From an uncultured Mycoplasma sp. (GTDB taxonomy: Bacteria; Bacillota_I; Bacilli_A; RF39; UBA660): a stretch of DNA of 64,000 bases. Both the position numbers and the translations under genes were made by a program. Position 1 is the stretch's first letter; the number at the start of each line of letters is the position of its first letter. The stretch spans positions 8,204 to 72,203 of the forward strand of contig CAMEEZ010000001.1 in NCBI GenBank assembly GCA_945915275.1, written 5' to 3'. Of the stretch, positions 48,287-58,519 are shown piece after piece. The notes beneath the pieces were generated by a model, which worked only from the letters and a program-made list of their open reading frames with translations, made no database searches and had not been told where the DNA came from.

Positions 48287-49518
48287 TCATTTTTTTTATT
48301 GAATTCTTTAGCAAGAGTTCCCGTTTCTTTTAAATATGAGTAATCGTTTTCATTTATAATTAAATCATATTCACCAATGTATTCGTATACTTCAGGATTA
48401 AATCCTATTTTAAATTGATTTAATCCATAATATAAATTATTACTATTTAAATCTCCGGTCATACCATTTAAATCAACGTATTCATATTTATCTTTGTAAT
48501 ATTCCATGATTTTGTAATATAAAAAATAATTTGCGTTATGCCTTGAATATGTTCTGTCAAAAGAACTAGCAACAATAGTTGCAGTATTTTCATATTTAAC
48601 AACCATTGCCGCAGCAATATAAATATCTTTTTCATCTTTAAGACCTTTAGTGCCTTCTAAAATATCATTTTTATAGGCTAGTAAAACAAGGTCAGAATTC
48701 ATTTTTGCATTTATATTATCTTCCGTAGGATTATCAATTATTTTAGAATTATAATAAGTATTTTTTTCTATTTCTTTATCATAACTAATACGAGTATTAA
48801 TTAAAAATTTTTCATAATCAATTTTTACTAAGAAAATATCAATAGAATCATTTCTATTAAAAACATTATAATAATCATTTAAATTTATATCAGAATAATT
48901 TTTACTTTTTTTAATTAATTTTTCTAGAATACTAATGCTATTAATATTTCCCTTTTCTAAGACAAGTCCTTTTCGATAACTTTTATTAATTTTATTACGG
49001 GTATTTTTTCTTAATTTTTCATAAGAAAAGTTTTTTAAATTAACTAATGCATTAAATCTAGGAAGACTTGATTCAAAATATAAATTATTTTTTAGTTTCA
49101 CATAATTATTTGAGCTTAGTATATATTTAATTTCTTCGGTTTGAAAGTTGTGTTCAAAAGAATAATTATTTAATTTACCTATAATTATATCGGGATTAAT
49201 TTTAATGAATGCAACATTTTTTTTAGAATAATAATCTTTAAGCAAATTAGTAAATGTTCTTACTAAATCCTTATCTTTATAATCCATTAAAAAACCTTTA
49301 GGAGCATAACCATAGCAAATATTTTTTTTGATTTTTTTAATTAAAATTAGTGAAGCTGCTACTAAGGTATTCATTTCATTAAATAGACCAATGTATTCAT
49401 AATCAAAATTTTTTTCACCCATAATTAAAGCATAACTTGAGCTTTGATAAAAACTCTTAAGTGAATGATTCTTAGCAAATTCATCAAATTCTATAAAAGA
49501 AATCTCTTGTAATTTCAT
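48283..49518 (-). CDS. FemAB family peptidoglycan interpeptide-bridge aminoacyltransferase-like protein
   Basis: 411 aa. The size and N-terminal pattern (F.EF...H...SFYQSSSYA..M) resemble FemX/FemAB. SD AGAGGGA. Confidence 0.55.
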   Translation of the reverse strand: MKLQEISFIEFDEFAKNHSLKSFYQSSSYALIMGEKNFDYEYIGLFNEMNTLVAASLILIKKIKKNICYGYAPKGFLMDYKDKDLVRTFTNLLKDYYSKKNVAFIKINPDIIIGKLNNYSFEHNFQTEEIKYILSSNNYVKLKNNLYFESSLPRFNALVNLKNFSYEKLRKNTRNKINKSYRKGLVLEKGNINSISILEKLIKKSKNYSDINLNDYYNVFNRNDSIDIFLVKIDYEKFLINTRISYDKEIEKNTYYNSKIIDNPTEDNINAKMNSDLVLLAYKNDILEGTKGLKDEKDIYIAAAMVVKYENTATIVASSFDRTYSRHNANYFLYYKIMEYYKDKYEYVDLNGMTGDLNSNNLYYGLNQFKIGFNPEVYEYIGEYDLIINENDYSYLKETGTLAKEFNKKND

Positions 49519-49637
49519 ATCAATCCCTCTTTTTAAGATAGTATTATATCATTTAAGAGAGTAATTGTCCATTTAAAAATTTATATTATTGACAGTGAAT
49601 ATAAAAAAAGTTAATATAATATATAGGAGGATAGGAA

Positions 49638-50237
49638 ATGAAAAAGAAGACTAGTGAAGGAAGTACCAAAATTACTAAAAATATTGAAAGGATATTAAAT
49701 ATCTTTATAATTCGTTCCGTTGTATTTGATCTTTTAATTATTTTATTAGGTGCATTCTTTATATTAAAACCATATTCTGGGTTAAGGGGATGTGAGATAG
49801 TTTTTAGTATTGTTTTGTTACTGTCAGGTTTTATATCAATTTTTGACTGTAGTGCAAAAAAAATAATAAAATTATTTAATTTGAGCTTAATTTATGGAGT
49901 TTTATCAATTATTTTTGGTCTATTAATAATTCTTAATCCTTTAGCTTTAGCAAATATAGTTTCAATATGTTTTGGTATATGGATGACTTTATCAGGAATC
50001 ATAAAAATCACAAATTCTATAAATCTAAAAAAAATGCAAGAAGAATCATGGGGTGTAATATTTGGAATTGGATTATTAATGGCTTTAACTGGAGTTTTAT
50101 TAATATTTAATCCATTTGTTGAATTATACATTACTCAAGTCGTAGGAATATTTGTAATAATATATGCTGTATTAGATATTGCTAATAGTTTGTTATATCG
50201 AAAAAGAAAAAAGGATATAATAAAAATTTTAAAATAG
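49638..50237 (+). CDS. HdeD/DUF308-like membrane protein
   Basis: Repeated pairs of TM helices with G-rich turns (LLIILLGAFFILKP, GLLIILNP, GVLLIFNP). Confidence 0.5.
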   Translation: MKKKTSEGSTKITKNIERILNIFIIRSVVFDLLIILLGAFFILKPYSGLRGCEIVFSIVLLLSGFISIFDCSAKKIIKLFNLSLIYGVLSIIFGLLIILNPLALANIVSICFGIWMTLSGIIKITNSINLKKMQEESWGVIFGIGLLMALTGVLLIFNPFVELYITQVVGIFVIIYAVLDIANSLLYRKRKKDIIKILK

Positions 50238-50252
50238 TTATAGGAGAATAAT

Positions 50253-51533
50253 ATGAAATTGCAAAAATTTGATTATCAAATCAAAGATAATAAAAAAAAT
50301 AGATCTTTTGTAGTTGTTTCAGTTTTAATAGTTGCATTAGTAGTTGGTGTTGTTTTATATAAATCTTTTGCTGCGTACAAAGTAACAGAATCTTATAATA
50401 TTATTAAGGGAAGTGTTGGTGAATTTACCAACGATTCTCTAGAAATAACATATAATCTAGTAAGTGAAGATGGTGGTATAATGACTACGAGTGTAATACC
50501 TTCATCTACGGAATATGAATATGATGAGGCGAAGAGTAGTTGTGTAAATGGGAATACAATAGTTTATGATGAAAATAATAATACTATTAATATAGGAGAT
50601 AATTCTGAAGGTATTGAAGATACTTGTAATATTTATTTTGATTATATTCCTTTATCTTTGCGTACATTATATGCTTTAAATCTAACAGATGATGATATTT
50701 TAACTGGAGTTCCTTATGGACCAGATGGTACTGGTGTGGATGGATATTATGCTGCAGAAGATGATTATGGAACTAGTTATTATTATTATAGTAACGAAAA
50801 TAGTAAACCTATAATTAATGTTGCTGGAACAAATTGGTTTTTACTTAGAATTAACGGGAATGGAACTATAAGATTAATAGCTAGCCAAACAACATTGAAT
50901 AGTGTTTATAATCAAAATAATAATGATAATGCATATTTAGGTTATATGTATGGTGAGGTAGGTTCTTCAAGTATTTTAAATACGCAAAATAATACTACTA
51001 ATAGTAGTATAAAAGTTAGTATAGGTAATTATTATACACAAAATATTGGGAATTCAGAATATTTTGCTGATACTTTATTTTGCAATGATCGTAGTGTTTA
51101 TAAAGAAGATTATGGTCAAAAGGAGACTGATGATACTGCATTAGGTTATGGAAATAATACAACGTACTATGGTTCATATTACAGAATTAGAAACAATACT
51201 CCAAGTTTAAAATGTGGACAGAAAAGTGATTCATTTACAGTTGAAGAAAGTGATATAGGAAATGGTCTATTAGATATTCCAGTAGCTTTACCAACTGCTG
51301 ATGAGCTTTATATGACTAATGCAAGTTGGTATACTAATAATGCTCTTGGAACTCCAATAACTATGAGTCCTGTAAAATTTAAAGATAATATTGCATATAT
51401 TTATCAAGGGAATAATGCTTTAAATGCCATTGATGTTAACACAGAGTCTAATACATATTTAGTAGTCAATTTAAAAGCCGGACTTAAATTTAGTGGCGAC
51501 TTTATTAATGGCTATACTATTGTAAACGAGTAG
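50253..51533 (+). CDS. hypothetical N-terminally anchored extracellular protein
   Basis: 426 aa. Single N-terminal TM helix. Asn/Tyr/Gly-rich ectodomain with paired Cys. No family recognised. Confidence 0.5.
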   Translation: MKLQKFDYQIKDNKKNRSFVVVSVLIVALVVGVVLYKSFAAYKVTESYNIIKGSVGEFTNDSLEITYNLVSEDGGIMTTSVIPSSTEYEYDEAKSSCVNGNTIVYDENNNTINIGDNSEGIEDTCNIYFDYIPLSLRTLYALNLTDDDILTGVPYGPDGTGVDGYYAAEDDYGTSYYYYSNENSKPIINVAGTNWFLLRINGNGTIRLIASQTTLNSVYNQNNNDNAYLGYMYGEVGSSSILNTQNNTTNSSIKVSIGNYYTQNIGNSEYFADTLFCNDRSVYKEDYGQKETDDTALGYGNNTTYYGSYYRIRNNTPSLKCGQKSDSFTVEESDIGNGLLDIPVALPTADELYMTNASWYTNNALGTPITMSPVKFKDNIAYIYQGNNALNAIDVNTESNTYLVVNLKAGLKFSGDFINGYTIVNE

Positions 51534-51587
51534 TAATAACTACTTGTTTTTATATAATTAAATATTATAATTAAAATGAGGTGTTGA

Positions 51588-52829
51588 TTGGTGAGGATAA
51601 AAAAAATAATAGGAAGAGAAATATTAGATAGTAGAGGTGAACCTACTATTGAAGTTGAATTATTCTTAGATAACGGAGTAAGTTCTAGAGCTTCTGTTCC
51701 CAGTGGCACATCAACGGGAAGTCGGGAAGCTCTAGAACTTAGGGATAATGATGAAAATCGTTTTTATGGTAAAGGCGTAACTAAAGCTGTCAATAATATT
51801 AATACAATTATAAAGAATAACTTGGAAGGCATAGAGCTAAATCAAGTTGAGTTAGATAAAATGTTAACTACTTTAGATAGCACTTCAAATAAGAGCTTTT
51901 TAGGAGCTAATGCTATATTAGCTGTCTCATTAGCTTCTTTAAAGGCACTCGCTAAAAGTGAAAACAAAGAATTATATGAATTTTTATCCACAGGAAAAGT
52001 TAGTTTACCAGTTCCTATGATGAATATTTTAAATGGCGGAAAGCATGCTGATAATTCCTTAGAAATACAAGAATTTATGATTGTTCCTGTTGTACATAGC
52101 TTCAAAGAAAGATTGAGAGTTGGTTCAGAGATATATCATAATTTAAAAAAAATATTAAAAAGAAATAATCTTAATACTAATGTTGGAGATGAAGGAGGCT
52201 TTGCTCCAAACCTAAAAAGTAATGAAGATGCTTTAAAACTTCTTGTTGATGCTATTAGGAGTTCAGGATATATTCCAGGGAAAGACGTATATTTAGCAAT
52301 AGATGTAGCTGCAAGTGAATTATATGATAAAGAAAATAAACTTTATAATATTGAAACCAAACAATTAACTGCCGATGAATTAATGCAGTATTATATTGAA
52401 TTAATTAGAAAGTACCCAATTATTAGTATTGAAGATCCTTTTTATGAAGATGATTTTGAAAGTTTAGCTGTATTTACAAAATTAGTGGGAAGTAAAATTA
52501 TGGTAGTAGGTGATGACTATTTTGTAACAAGCGAAAAATACTTACAAGAAGGTATTGATATGCAAGCGGGAAATTCAATTTTATTAAAAGCTAATCAAGT
52601 TGGTAGTGTTACGGAAATGATTAAGACTATTTTGCTTGCTAGAAAAAATAATTATAAAATGATTATTTCTCATAGAAGTGGAGAAACTGAAGACACTTTT
52701 ATTGCAGATTTCGCTGTAGGATTTAATATTCCTTTTATAAAAACAGGTTCTTTGGCTCGAGGTGAAAGAATAGCTAAATATAATAGATTAATCAGAATAG
52801 AAGAAAAATTAAATAATAAAGAACTTTGA
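51588..52829 (+). CDS. eno: enolase (phosphopyruvate hydratase)
   Basis: GTG start after GAGGTG. REILDSRGEPTIEVE and SHRSGETEDTFIADFAV. 413 aa. Confidence 0.96.
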   Translation: MVRIKKIIGREILDSRGEPTIEVELFLDNGVSSRASVPSGTSTGSREALELRDNDENRFYGKGVTKAVNNINTIIKNNLEGIELNQVELDKMLTTLDSTSNKSFLGANAILAVSLASLKALAKSENKELYEFLSTGKVSLPVPMMNILNGGKHADNSLEIQEFMIVPVVHSFKERLRVGSEIYHNLKKILKRNNLNTNVGDEGGFAPNLKSNEDALKLLVDAIRSSGYIPGKDVYLAIDVAASELYDKENKLYNIETKQLTADELMQYYIELIRKYPIISIEDPFYEDDFESLAVFTKLVGSKIMVVGDDYFVTSEKYLQEGIDMQAGNSILLKANQVGSVTEMIKTILLARKNNYKMIISHRSGETEDTFIADFAVGFNIPFIKTGSLARGERIAKYNRLIRIEEKLNNKEL

Positions 52830-52883
52830 AAAGATGACTTGTTAGTGTTTAATTGTTATGTTAAATAATAGGATGGTAATAAT

Positions 52884-53681
52884 ATGAAAAATATTAATTT
52901 TAATGAAATAAAAGGTTTTATTTGCGATATGGATGGGGTAATTTACAAGGGTAATACTGTTTTACCAGGAGTGAAAGAATTTATTAGTTGGTTACAAGAA
53001 GAAAATAAAGAATTTTTGTTTTTAACAAATAATAGTAATTTAACTCCGAGAGAGCTTCAACAAAAACTTGCACGTATGGGTCTTGATGTTTCTGAAGAGC
53101 ATTTTTATACAAGTGCATTAGCAACTGCTACATTTTTAAAAGATCAAGCTCCAGATTGTTCTGTTTATGCTCTTGGAGAAGCTGGACTTTTTAAGGCTTT
53201 ATATGATGCAGGTATTACAATGAATAATATTAATCCTGATTATGTTGTAGTAGGTGAGGGAAAAACTTATACTTTAGATACACTGATTAAAGCAACAAAT
53301 ATGGTTTTAAATGGATCAAAGCTTATTGGGTGTAATTCTGATGTTTCTGGTCCATGTGATGAAGGCATGATGCCAGCGTGTGGTGCATTAGTTTCTCCAA
53401 TTGAAATTGCTACTGGCACTCATGCATATTTTTGTGGTAAACCAAATCCTTTAATGATGCGCTCTGCTTTAAAAAAACTTAATTGTCATTCAGCAGAAGC
53501 AGTTATGATTGGTGATAGAATGGATACAGATGTTATTTCAGGTTTAGAAAGTGGTATGTCCACAGTATTAGTATTATCTGGAGTGTCTACTCCAGAGATA
53601 GTAAAAACATATGCATATCGTCCAACAATTGTTCTAAATGGCGTTGGAGATATTGTTTCTTTAGCTAAAGATAATAAATAA
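52884..53681 (+). CDS. HAD-IIA family hydrolase (NagD-like sugar phosphatase)
   Basis: Motif I CDMDGV, TNNS, GKP, and the C-terminal GDRMDTD. Confidence 0.8.
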   Translation: MKNINFNEIKGFICDMDGVIYKGNTVLPGVKEFISWLQEENKEFLFLTNNSNLTPRELQQKLARMGLDVSEEHFYTSALATATFLKDQAPDCSVYALGEAGLFKALYDAGITMNNINPDYVVVGEGKTYTLDTLIKATNMVLNGSKLIGCNSDVSGPCDEGMMPACGALVSPIEIATGTHAYFCGKPNPLMMRSALKKLNCHSAEAVMIGDRMDTDVISGLESGMSTVLVLSGVSTPEIVKTYAYRPTIVLNGVGDIVSLAKDNK

Positions 53682-53735
53682 TTTGCATTTTATTTAAAAA
53701 CATAGTAAAATAACTTAGTGATTGGATGTGTTATC

Positions 53736-53954
53736 ATGTTAGAAACAATTTTATTAATAGTATCAATTTTAATAATTGCATTAGTATTATTACAAGGTAA
53801 TAAAGCAAGTGATGCTGGACAAATAATTACTGGGGGAAATGAAACTTTATTTCAAAATATGAAAGAAAGAGGATTAGAACTTATTGTAAGTCGTTTAACA
53901 TTAACTCTTGGAATTATATTCTTTGTTATATCACTAATATTATTCTTAAAATAA
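53736..53954 (+). CDS. secG: preprotein translocase subunit SecG
   Basis: 72 aa from ATG 53736. VLLQGNKASDAG...GG pattern. Two TM helices. Conserved eno...secG...rnr-smpB neighbourhood. Confidence 0.8.
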   Translation: MLETILLIVSILIIALVLLQGNKASDAGQIITGGNETLFQNMKERGLELIVSRLTLTLGIIFFVISLILFLK

Positions 53955-54060
53955 GGAGTAGGAGACTACTTCTTTTTTAGTAAATTAATGTAAATAAAAT
54001 AGTATATTTTTTAACAATATAAAACATTAGTGCTATAATTTAATTAGACTAGGAGGTAGT

Positions 54061-54456
54061 ATGAAAAAGGGGTTTACCTTAATTGAAATGCTTGTTGTTG
54101 TTGCAATTCTAGCTACAGCTTCAGTTTTAATTGGAACAAATTTTTTTGGACTAATTGGTAATGCAGATGAGTATGAAAAAGAAAATTTATATAAATATTT
54201 AAATGAAGCAGCATGTGTTTATGTTGATTCAAATGATTATAAAGATAAAGCAGGAAAAACTATTGATGGAACAGTTTATCCTGATTGTAATGATGAATGT
54301 TATTTAAAATCGGCATGGTTATATTTTGATGGATATATTGATGAGAATGCTGGTTTATTAAAAAGTTATACTGAAGAAGAAATAAAAAATTATGAAATTA
54401 AAGTAACTTGGAATGAAGGCGAAAAAAAATGTTGTGTTGTTGGAGGTGATTGTTAA
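54061..54456 (+). CDS. type IV pilin / competence pseudopilin-like protein (prepilin-type N-terminal cleavage/methylation domain)
   Basis: MKKG|FTLIEMLVVVAILA is a canonical prepilin signal with Glu at +5. 131 aa. Six Cys in the C-terminal half. SD AGGAGG. Confidence 0.8.
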   Translation: MKKGFTLIEMLVVVAILATASVLIGTNFFGLIGNADEYEKENLYKYLNEAACVYVDSNDYKDKAGKTIDGTVYPDCNDECYLKSAWLYFDGYIDENAGLLKSYTEEEIKNYEIKVTWNEGEKKCCVVGGDC

Positions 54457-56576
54457 TGAAAAATAAAATATTAGAAGTTTTAGATGATAAAAAAGATGCA
54501 ATATCTTTAATTGAAATAAATGATTTAATTGGTCTTAAAACTGCAGAAGAACTTAAAGAATTATCCGATGAATTAATAAAATTAGAAGAAGAGAATATTT
54601 TATATATTACTAAAAAAGAGAAATATATTCTTTATAAGAATTGTCCTTTCTTTAAAATAGGTAAATTATCTGTTAATAAAAAAGGGTTTGGTTTTGTTTT
54701 ACTTGATAAAGAAGAAGATTTATACATTGATAAAGAAAATATGAATGGTGCTGTTCATGATGATTATGTTTTAGCGGAAATTACAAAATCAGGGATAAAA
54801 AGAGAAGGTCGAATTCTAAAAATATTAAATAGACAATTAGATGCTTTAGTAGGAGAAATCTTAATTAAAGATAATAAAAAAATAGTTGATTTGGATGATG
54901 ATAAAGTAAATCTTGTTTTAGAGTTAGAGCAGGAGAGTGCTAAAGATTGTGTTGAGGGATCTAAAGTTCATTTGAAAATCCTTAAAGAACTTGGAAAACG
55001 TAAATACTTAGTTTCGGTAGATAAAATACTTGGACACAAAAATGATCCGGGTGTGGATATTTTAAGTATTGCATATAAATATAATATTCATCCAGATTTT
55101 TCAGAGGAAGTTTTAAAAGAATTAGAACAAATTCCAACGGAGGTAAAGCCAGAAGAAAAAATTGGACGTAAAGATTTAACTGGAGAAGTTATATTTACTA
55201 TAGATGGTGCTGATACAAAAGATATAGATGATGCTATTAGTTTGGAACTTAAAGGTAATAATTATTTACTTGGTGTTCATATAGCTGATGTAAGTCACTA
55301 CGTTAAAGAAAATACAGCTTTGGGAGATGCTGCTTTAATGAGGGGAACAAGTTCATATTTAGCAGATACTGTAATACCAATGTTACCTCATAAATTATCT
55401 AATGGTATTTGTTCATTAAATGAAGGAGTAGAGAGGCTTACTATAAGCTGTGTGATGGAAATTGACACTAAAGGAAATGTGGTAGATTATGATATATTTC
55501 CGAGTGTTATAAAAAGTCGTAAGAAAATGACTTATTCTAAAGTAAATGATATTATTGTTAGAAATATTATTGATCCTGAATACGAAGTTTATGCTGATAC
55601 TTTAAAAGAAATGAATGTTTTAGCTAAAATATTACGTAAGAAGAAGAATGATAGAGGGTATATTAATTTTGATTTAGATGAAGCAAAAATTGTTCAAGAT
55701 GAAAATGGAAAAGCTATAGATGTTACAAGACGGGTAAGAGAAGATGGCGAATGTTTAATTGAAGATTTCATGATTGTGGCAAATGAAACTGTTGCAGAAC
55801 ATATTAGTAATATGGATTTGCCTTTTATTTATCGAGTTCATGCTTTACCAAATAGTGAAAAGATAGATGATTTTGTTAATCTTGTAAAGATTTTTGGATA
55901 TAAGATTAATACTAATTTAAATGATTTATCTCCAAAAACAATGCAAAAAATCTTGGATGAATTAGATGATAAGCCTGAATTTACGATTCTTTCCAGTATG
56001 CTTTTAAGAAGTATGAAAAAAGCCGAATATAGTAAAGATAATATAGGACATTTTGGTTTGGCTAGTAAAAATTATACACATTTTACAAGTCCAATAAGAA
56101 GATTTCCAGATCTTACAGTTCATAGGCTTTTAAGAACGTATTTGTTTAATCATGATTTATCAGTTGATACGATTAAATATTATGATCAAGCTTTAGTTCA
56201 AATAGCTCAAATATCAAGTGAAAGAGAAGTGGCATCAATAAATGCTGAACGTGATGTATTTGATATGAAAGCGGCGGAATATATGGAAGGCCATATTGGA
56301 GAGGAATATGATGGTATAATTACTTCTGTAACTAATTTTGGCTTTTTTGTAGAGTTGGATAATTTAATTGAAGGATTAGTTCATGTTAATACTTTAAAAG
56401 GTGATTATTACAATTATGTAGAAGACCTTCTAGCAATGATTGGAAAAAGTACTAAGAAAATGTATCAAATTGGTCAAAAAGTTCGTATACGTGTGGAAAA
56501 TGCATCAAAGGCAACAGCTAATATTGATTTTGTTTTAGTAGAGGATAAAGATGGAAGTAGTAAACAAGAAAGCTAG
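54456..56576 (+). CDS. rnr: ribonuclease R
   Basis: RNB catalytic region (IDGADTKDIDDAIS, RFPDLTVHR) and a C-terminal S1 domain (GEEYDGIITSVTNFGFFVEL). ATG 54456 overlaps the pilin stop codon. Confidence 0.92.
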   Translation: MKNKILEVLDDKKDAISLIEINDLIGLKTAEELKELSDELIKLEEENILYITKKEKYILYKNCPFFKIGKLSVNKKGFGFVLLDKEEDLYIDKENMNGAVHDDYVLAEITKSGIKREGRILKILNRQLDALVGEILIKDNKKIVDLDDDKVNLVLELEQESAKDCVEGSKVHLKILKELGKRKYLVSVDKILGHKNDPGVDILSIAYKYNIHPDFSEEVLKELEQIPTEVKPEEKIGRKDLTGEVIFTIDGADTKDIDDAISLELKGNNYLLGVHIADVSHYVKENTALGDAALMRGTSSYLADTVIPMLPHKLSNGICSLNEGVERLTISCVMEIDTKGNVVDYDIFPSVIKSRKKMTYSKVNDIIVRNIIDPEYEVYADTLKEMNVLAKILRKKKNDRGYINFDLDEAKIVQDENGKAIDVTRRVREDGECLIEDFMIVANETVAEHISNMDLPFIYRVHALPNSEKIDDFVNLVKIFGYKINTNLNDLSPKTMQKILDELDDKPEFTILSSMLLRSMKKAEYSKDNIGHFGLASKNYTHFTSPIRRFPDLTVHRLLRTYLFNHDLSVDTIKYYDQALVQIAQISSEREVASINAERDVFDMKAAEYMEGHIGEEYDGIITSVTNFGFFVELDNLIEGLVHVNTLKGDYYNYVEDLLAMIGKSTKKMYQIGQKVRIRVENASKATANIDFVLVEDKDGSSKQES

Positions 56577-56976
56577 ATTTGATTATGTCCTTGAAAAAGA
56601 AATCGAAGCTGGAATAGAACTTTGTGGGACAGAAGTAAAATCCATTAGAAAAGGTTCTGTAGATTTAAAAGATACTTTTGTTAATATAAAAAATAATGAA
56701 GCTTATATATTAAATATGTATATAGCTCGTTATGAAGAAGGTAATCAATTTAATCATGACGAAAGAAGGACTAGAAAATTACTTCTCCATAAAAAAGAAA
56801 TTTTAAAATTAAAAAGTGAAATAAAAGAAAATGGGAAAACGATTGTACCAGTTAAGCTATATATGAAAAATGGAAAAGTGAAAATACTTATAGCAATTGC
56901 TAAAGGAAAAAAACTTTTTGATAAAAGAGAGGCTTTAAAGAAAAAGGATTTAGAAAGAGAACAAAGAAAATATTAA
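56551..56976 (+). CDS. smpB: SsrA-binding protein SmpB
   Basis: NKKARFDYVLEKEIEAGIELCGTEVKSIR is the typical SmpB N-terminus. 141 aa. Confidence 0.92.
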   Translation: MEVVNKKARFDYVLEKEIEAGIELCGTEVKSIRKGSVDLKDTFVNIKNNEAYILNMYIARYEEGNQFNHDERRTRKLLLHKKEILKLKSEIKENGKTIVPVKLYMKNGKVKILIAIAKGKKLFDKREALKKKDLEREQRKY

Positions 56977-57036
56977 CTTTGTTCTTTTTATTTTGAATGT
57001 ATAATGTTATAATGAAGAAAATAAAGGTGGTAAAAT

Positions 57037-58113
57037 ATGAAGAAGTTAAAACTAAAAAAAATATTCAAGTCTAAAAAATTCTTATTAATTGCAGGAATAA
57101 TTTTAGTATTATTAATTGCCGGAATATCTGTAACAATGGTTTTATCAAAGGATGAAATTAAAAAACCAAATAATACTTCAAAAAAAGAAGATGGTGAAGT
57201 TGAGATAAATGTTATTGAATCTAAAAAAGTCCAAATAGTTGACGAGGAAACAACTTCTAGACCTTATGCTGTAATGATAAATAATATTAATGTTGCTAGA
57301 CCATTACAAAGTGGATTGCAAGATGCTTATATCATATATGAAATTATTGTTGAAGGTGGAATAACTAGATATATGGCATTATTCTTAGATCAAGAAACTG
57401 CTAGAATTGGTTCTGTTAGAAGCGCTAGACATTATTATTTAGATTATGCCTTAGAGAATGATGCAATTTATGTTCATCATGGCCAATCAGAATATGCTCA
57501 AAGTGATTTTTCAAAATTAGGAATTGACAGAATCGTTGTTGATAATAGTAAAACTGGATGGAGAGATAAAACATTGAATGTTTCTTCAGAACATACACTA
57601 TTTACAAGTATTGAAAAATTAAATAAAGGAATTGGTAATAAGAGAACAACAAGAAATAATGATTTATTATTAGATTATAGTGTGGATAGTTTAGATTTAG
57701 TCAATATGGAAAATTCCAAGGTTGCTAATAATATTGATATAAAGTATTCTAATTCAACAAAAACATCATATGAATATGATTCAGAAAATAAAGTTTATAA
57801 AAGAAGTGTTAATGGTAAAGCTCATACAGATTATGTTACAAAGAAACAATATACATTTAAAAATATAATTACTTATCAAGTAGAAAATACTAAGATAGCT
57901 GGAGATAATTATAAAAGACAAAATTTAAATAATATTGGTTCTGGAACGGGATATTATATATCTGAGGGATATGCTGTTCCAATAACTTGGGAAAAAACAA
58001 GTCGTAAGTCTCAAACTATTTATAAATTTATGGATGGAACTGAGTTGAAAGTAAATGATGGTAATACATTTATTCAAATTCAACCTAAGGGAGAAACATT
58101 AAATATTTCATAA
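57037..58113 (+). CDS. DUF3048 domain-containing (YerB-like) lipoprotein/anchored protein
   Basis: RPYAVMINNINVARPLQSGLQDAYIIYEIIVEGGITRYMALF matches my recollection of the DUF3048 N-terminal domain. Confidence 0.7.
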   Translation: MKKLKLKKIFKSKKFLLIAGIILVLLIAGISVTMVLSKDEIKKPNNTSKKEDGEVEINVIESKKVQIVDEETTSRPYAVMINNINVARPLQSGLQDAYIIYEIIVEGGITRYMALFLDQETARIGSVRSARHYYLDYALENDAIYVHHGQSEYAQSDFSKLGIDRIVVDNSKTGWRDKTLNVSSEHTLFTSIEKLNKGIGNKRTTRNNDLLLDYSVDSLDLVNMENSKVANNIDIKYSNSTKTSYEYDSENKVYKRSVNGKAHTDYVTKKQYTFKNIITYQVENTKIAGDNYKRQNLNNIGSGTGYYISEGYAVPITWEKTSRKSQTIYKFMDGTELKVNDGNTFIQIQPKGETLNIS

Positions 58114-58152
58114 AATTTTTGAAATAGAATATAAATTTACAAGGAGGATAAA

Positions 58153-58419
58153 ATGGAAACTATTATATCTTTTTTAGCAGATAATTATATATGGTTCTTA
58201 GTTGTTACTTTAATATTGGTTTTTGCGTTAATTGGTTATTTAGTTGATATTAAACAAGATGAGAGATTTACTAAAGGAATTTCATTAGACTCCGAGTTAC
58301 TTCATAAAATGGAAGTAGCTAAAGTAGCTAATATTTCATTAAATGATATGGTTGAAGATTCTGTAAAGAAAAACCCTGAAGAAGAAAAAAAGGAGCAGAA
58401 TGATATGAAAAAAGAATAG
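58153..58419 (+). CDS. small single-pass membrane protein
   Basis: SD AAGGAGGA. One TM helix and a charged C-terminus. Confidence 0.45.
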   Translation: METIISFLADNYIWFLVVTLILVFALIGYLVDIKQDERFTKGISLDSELLHKMEVAKVANISLNDMVEDSVKKNPEEEKKEQNDMKKE

Positions 58420-58519
58420 AAATATTCTTTTTTATTTTTAATTTATTTTAATGATGAGGACTAGTAATAAATAAAAAAATTTGTTATAATGATGAAGCTA
58501 GTAAAGAGGAGTGAAAGAT

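Noticed and set aside
56977-57036. Expected tmRNA (ssrA) gene downstream of smpB
   Set aside because: Only 60 nt separate smpB from the next CDS, and there is no tRNA-like acceptor/T-arm sequence. ssrA must be elsewhere.
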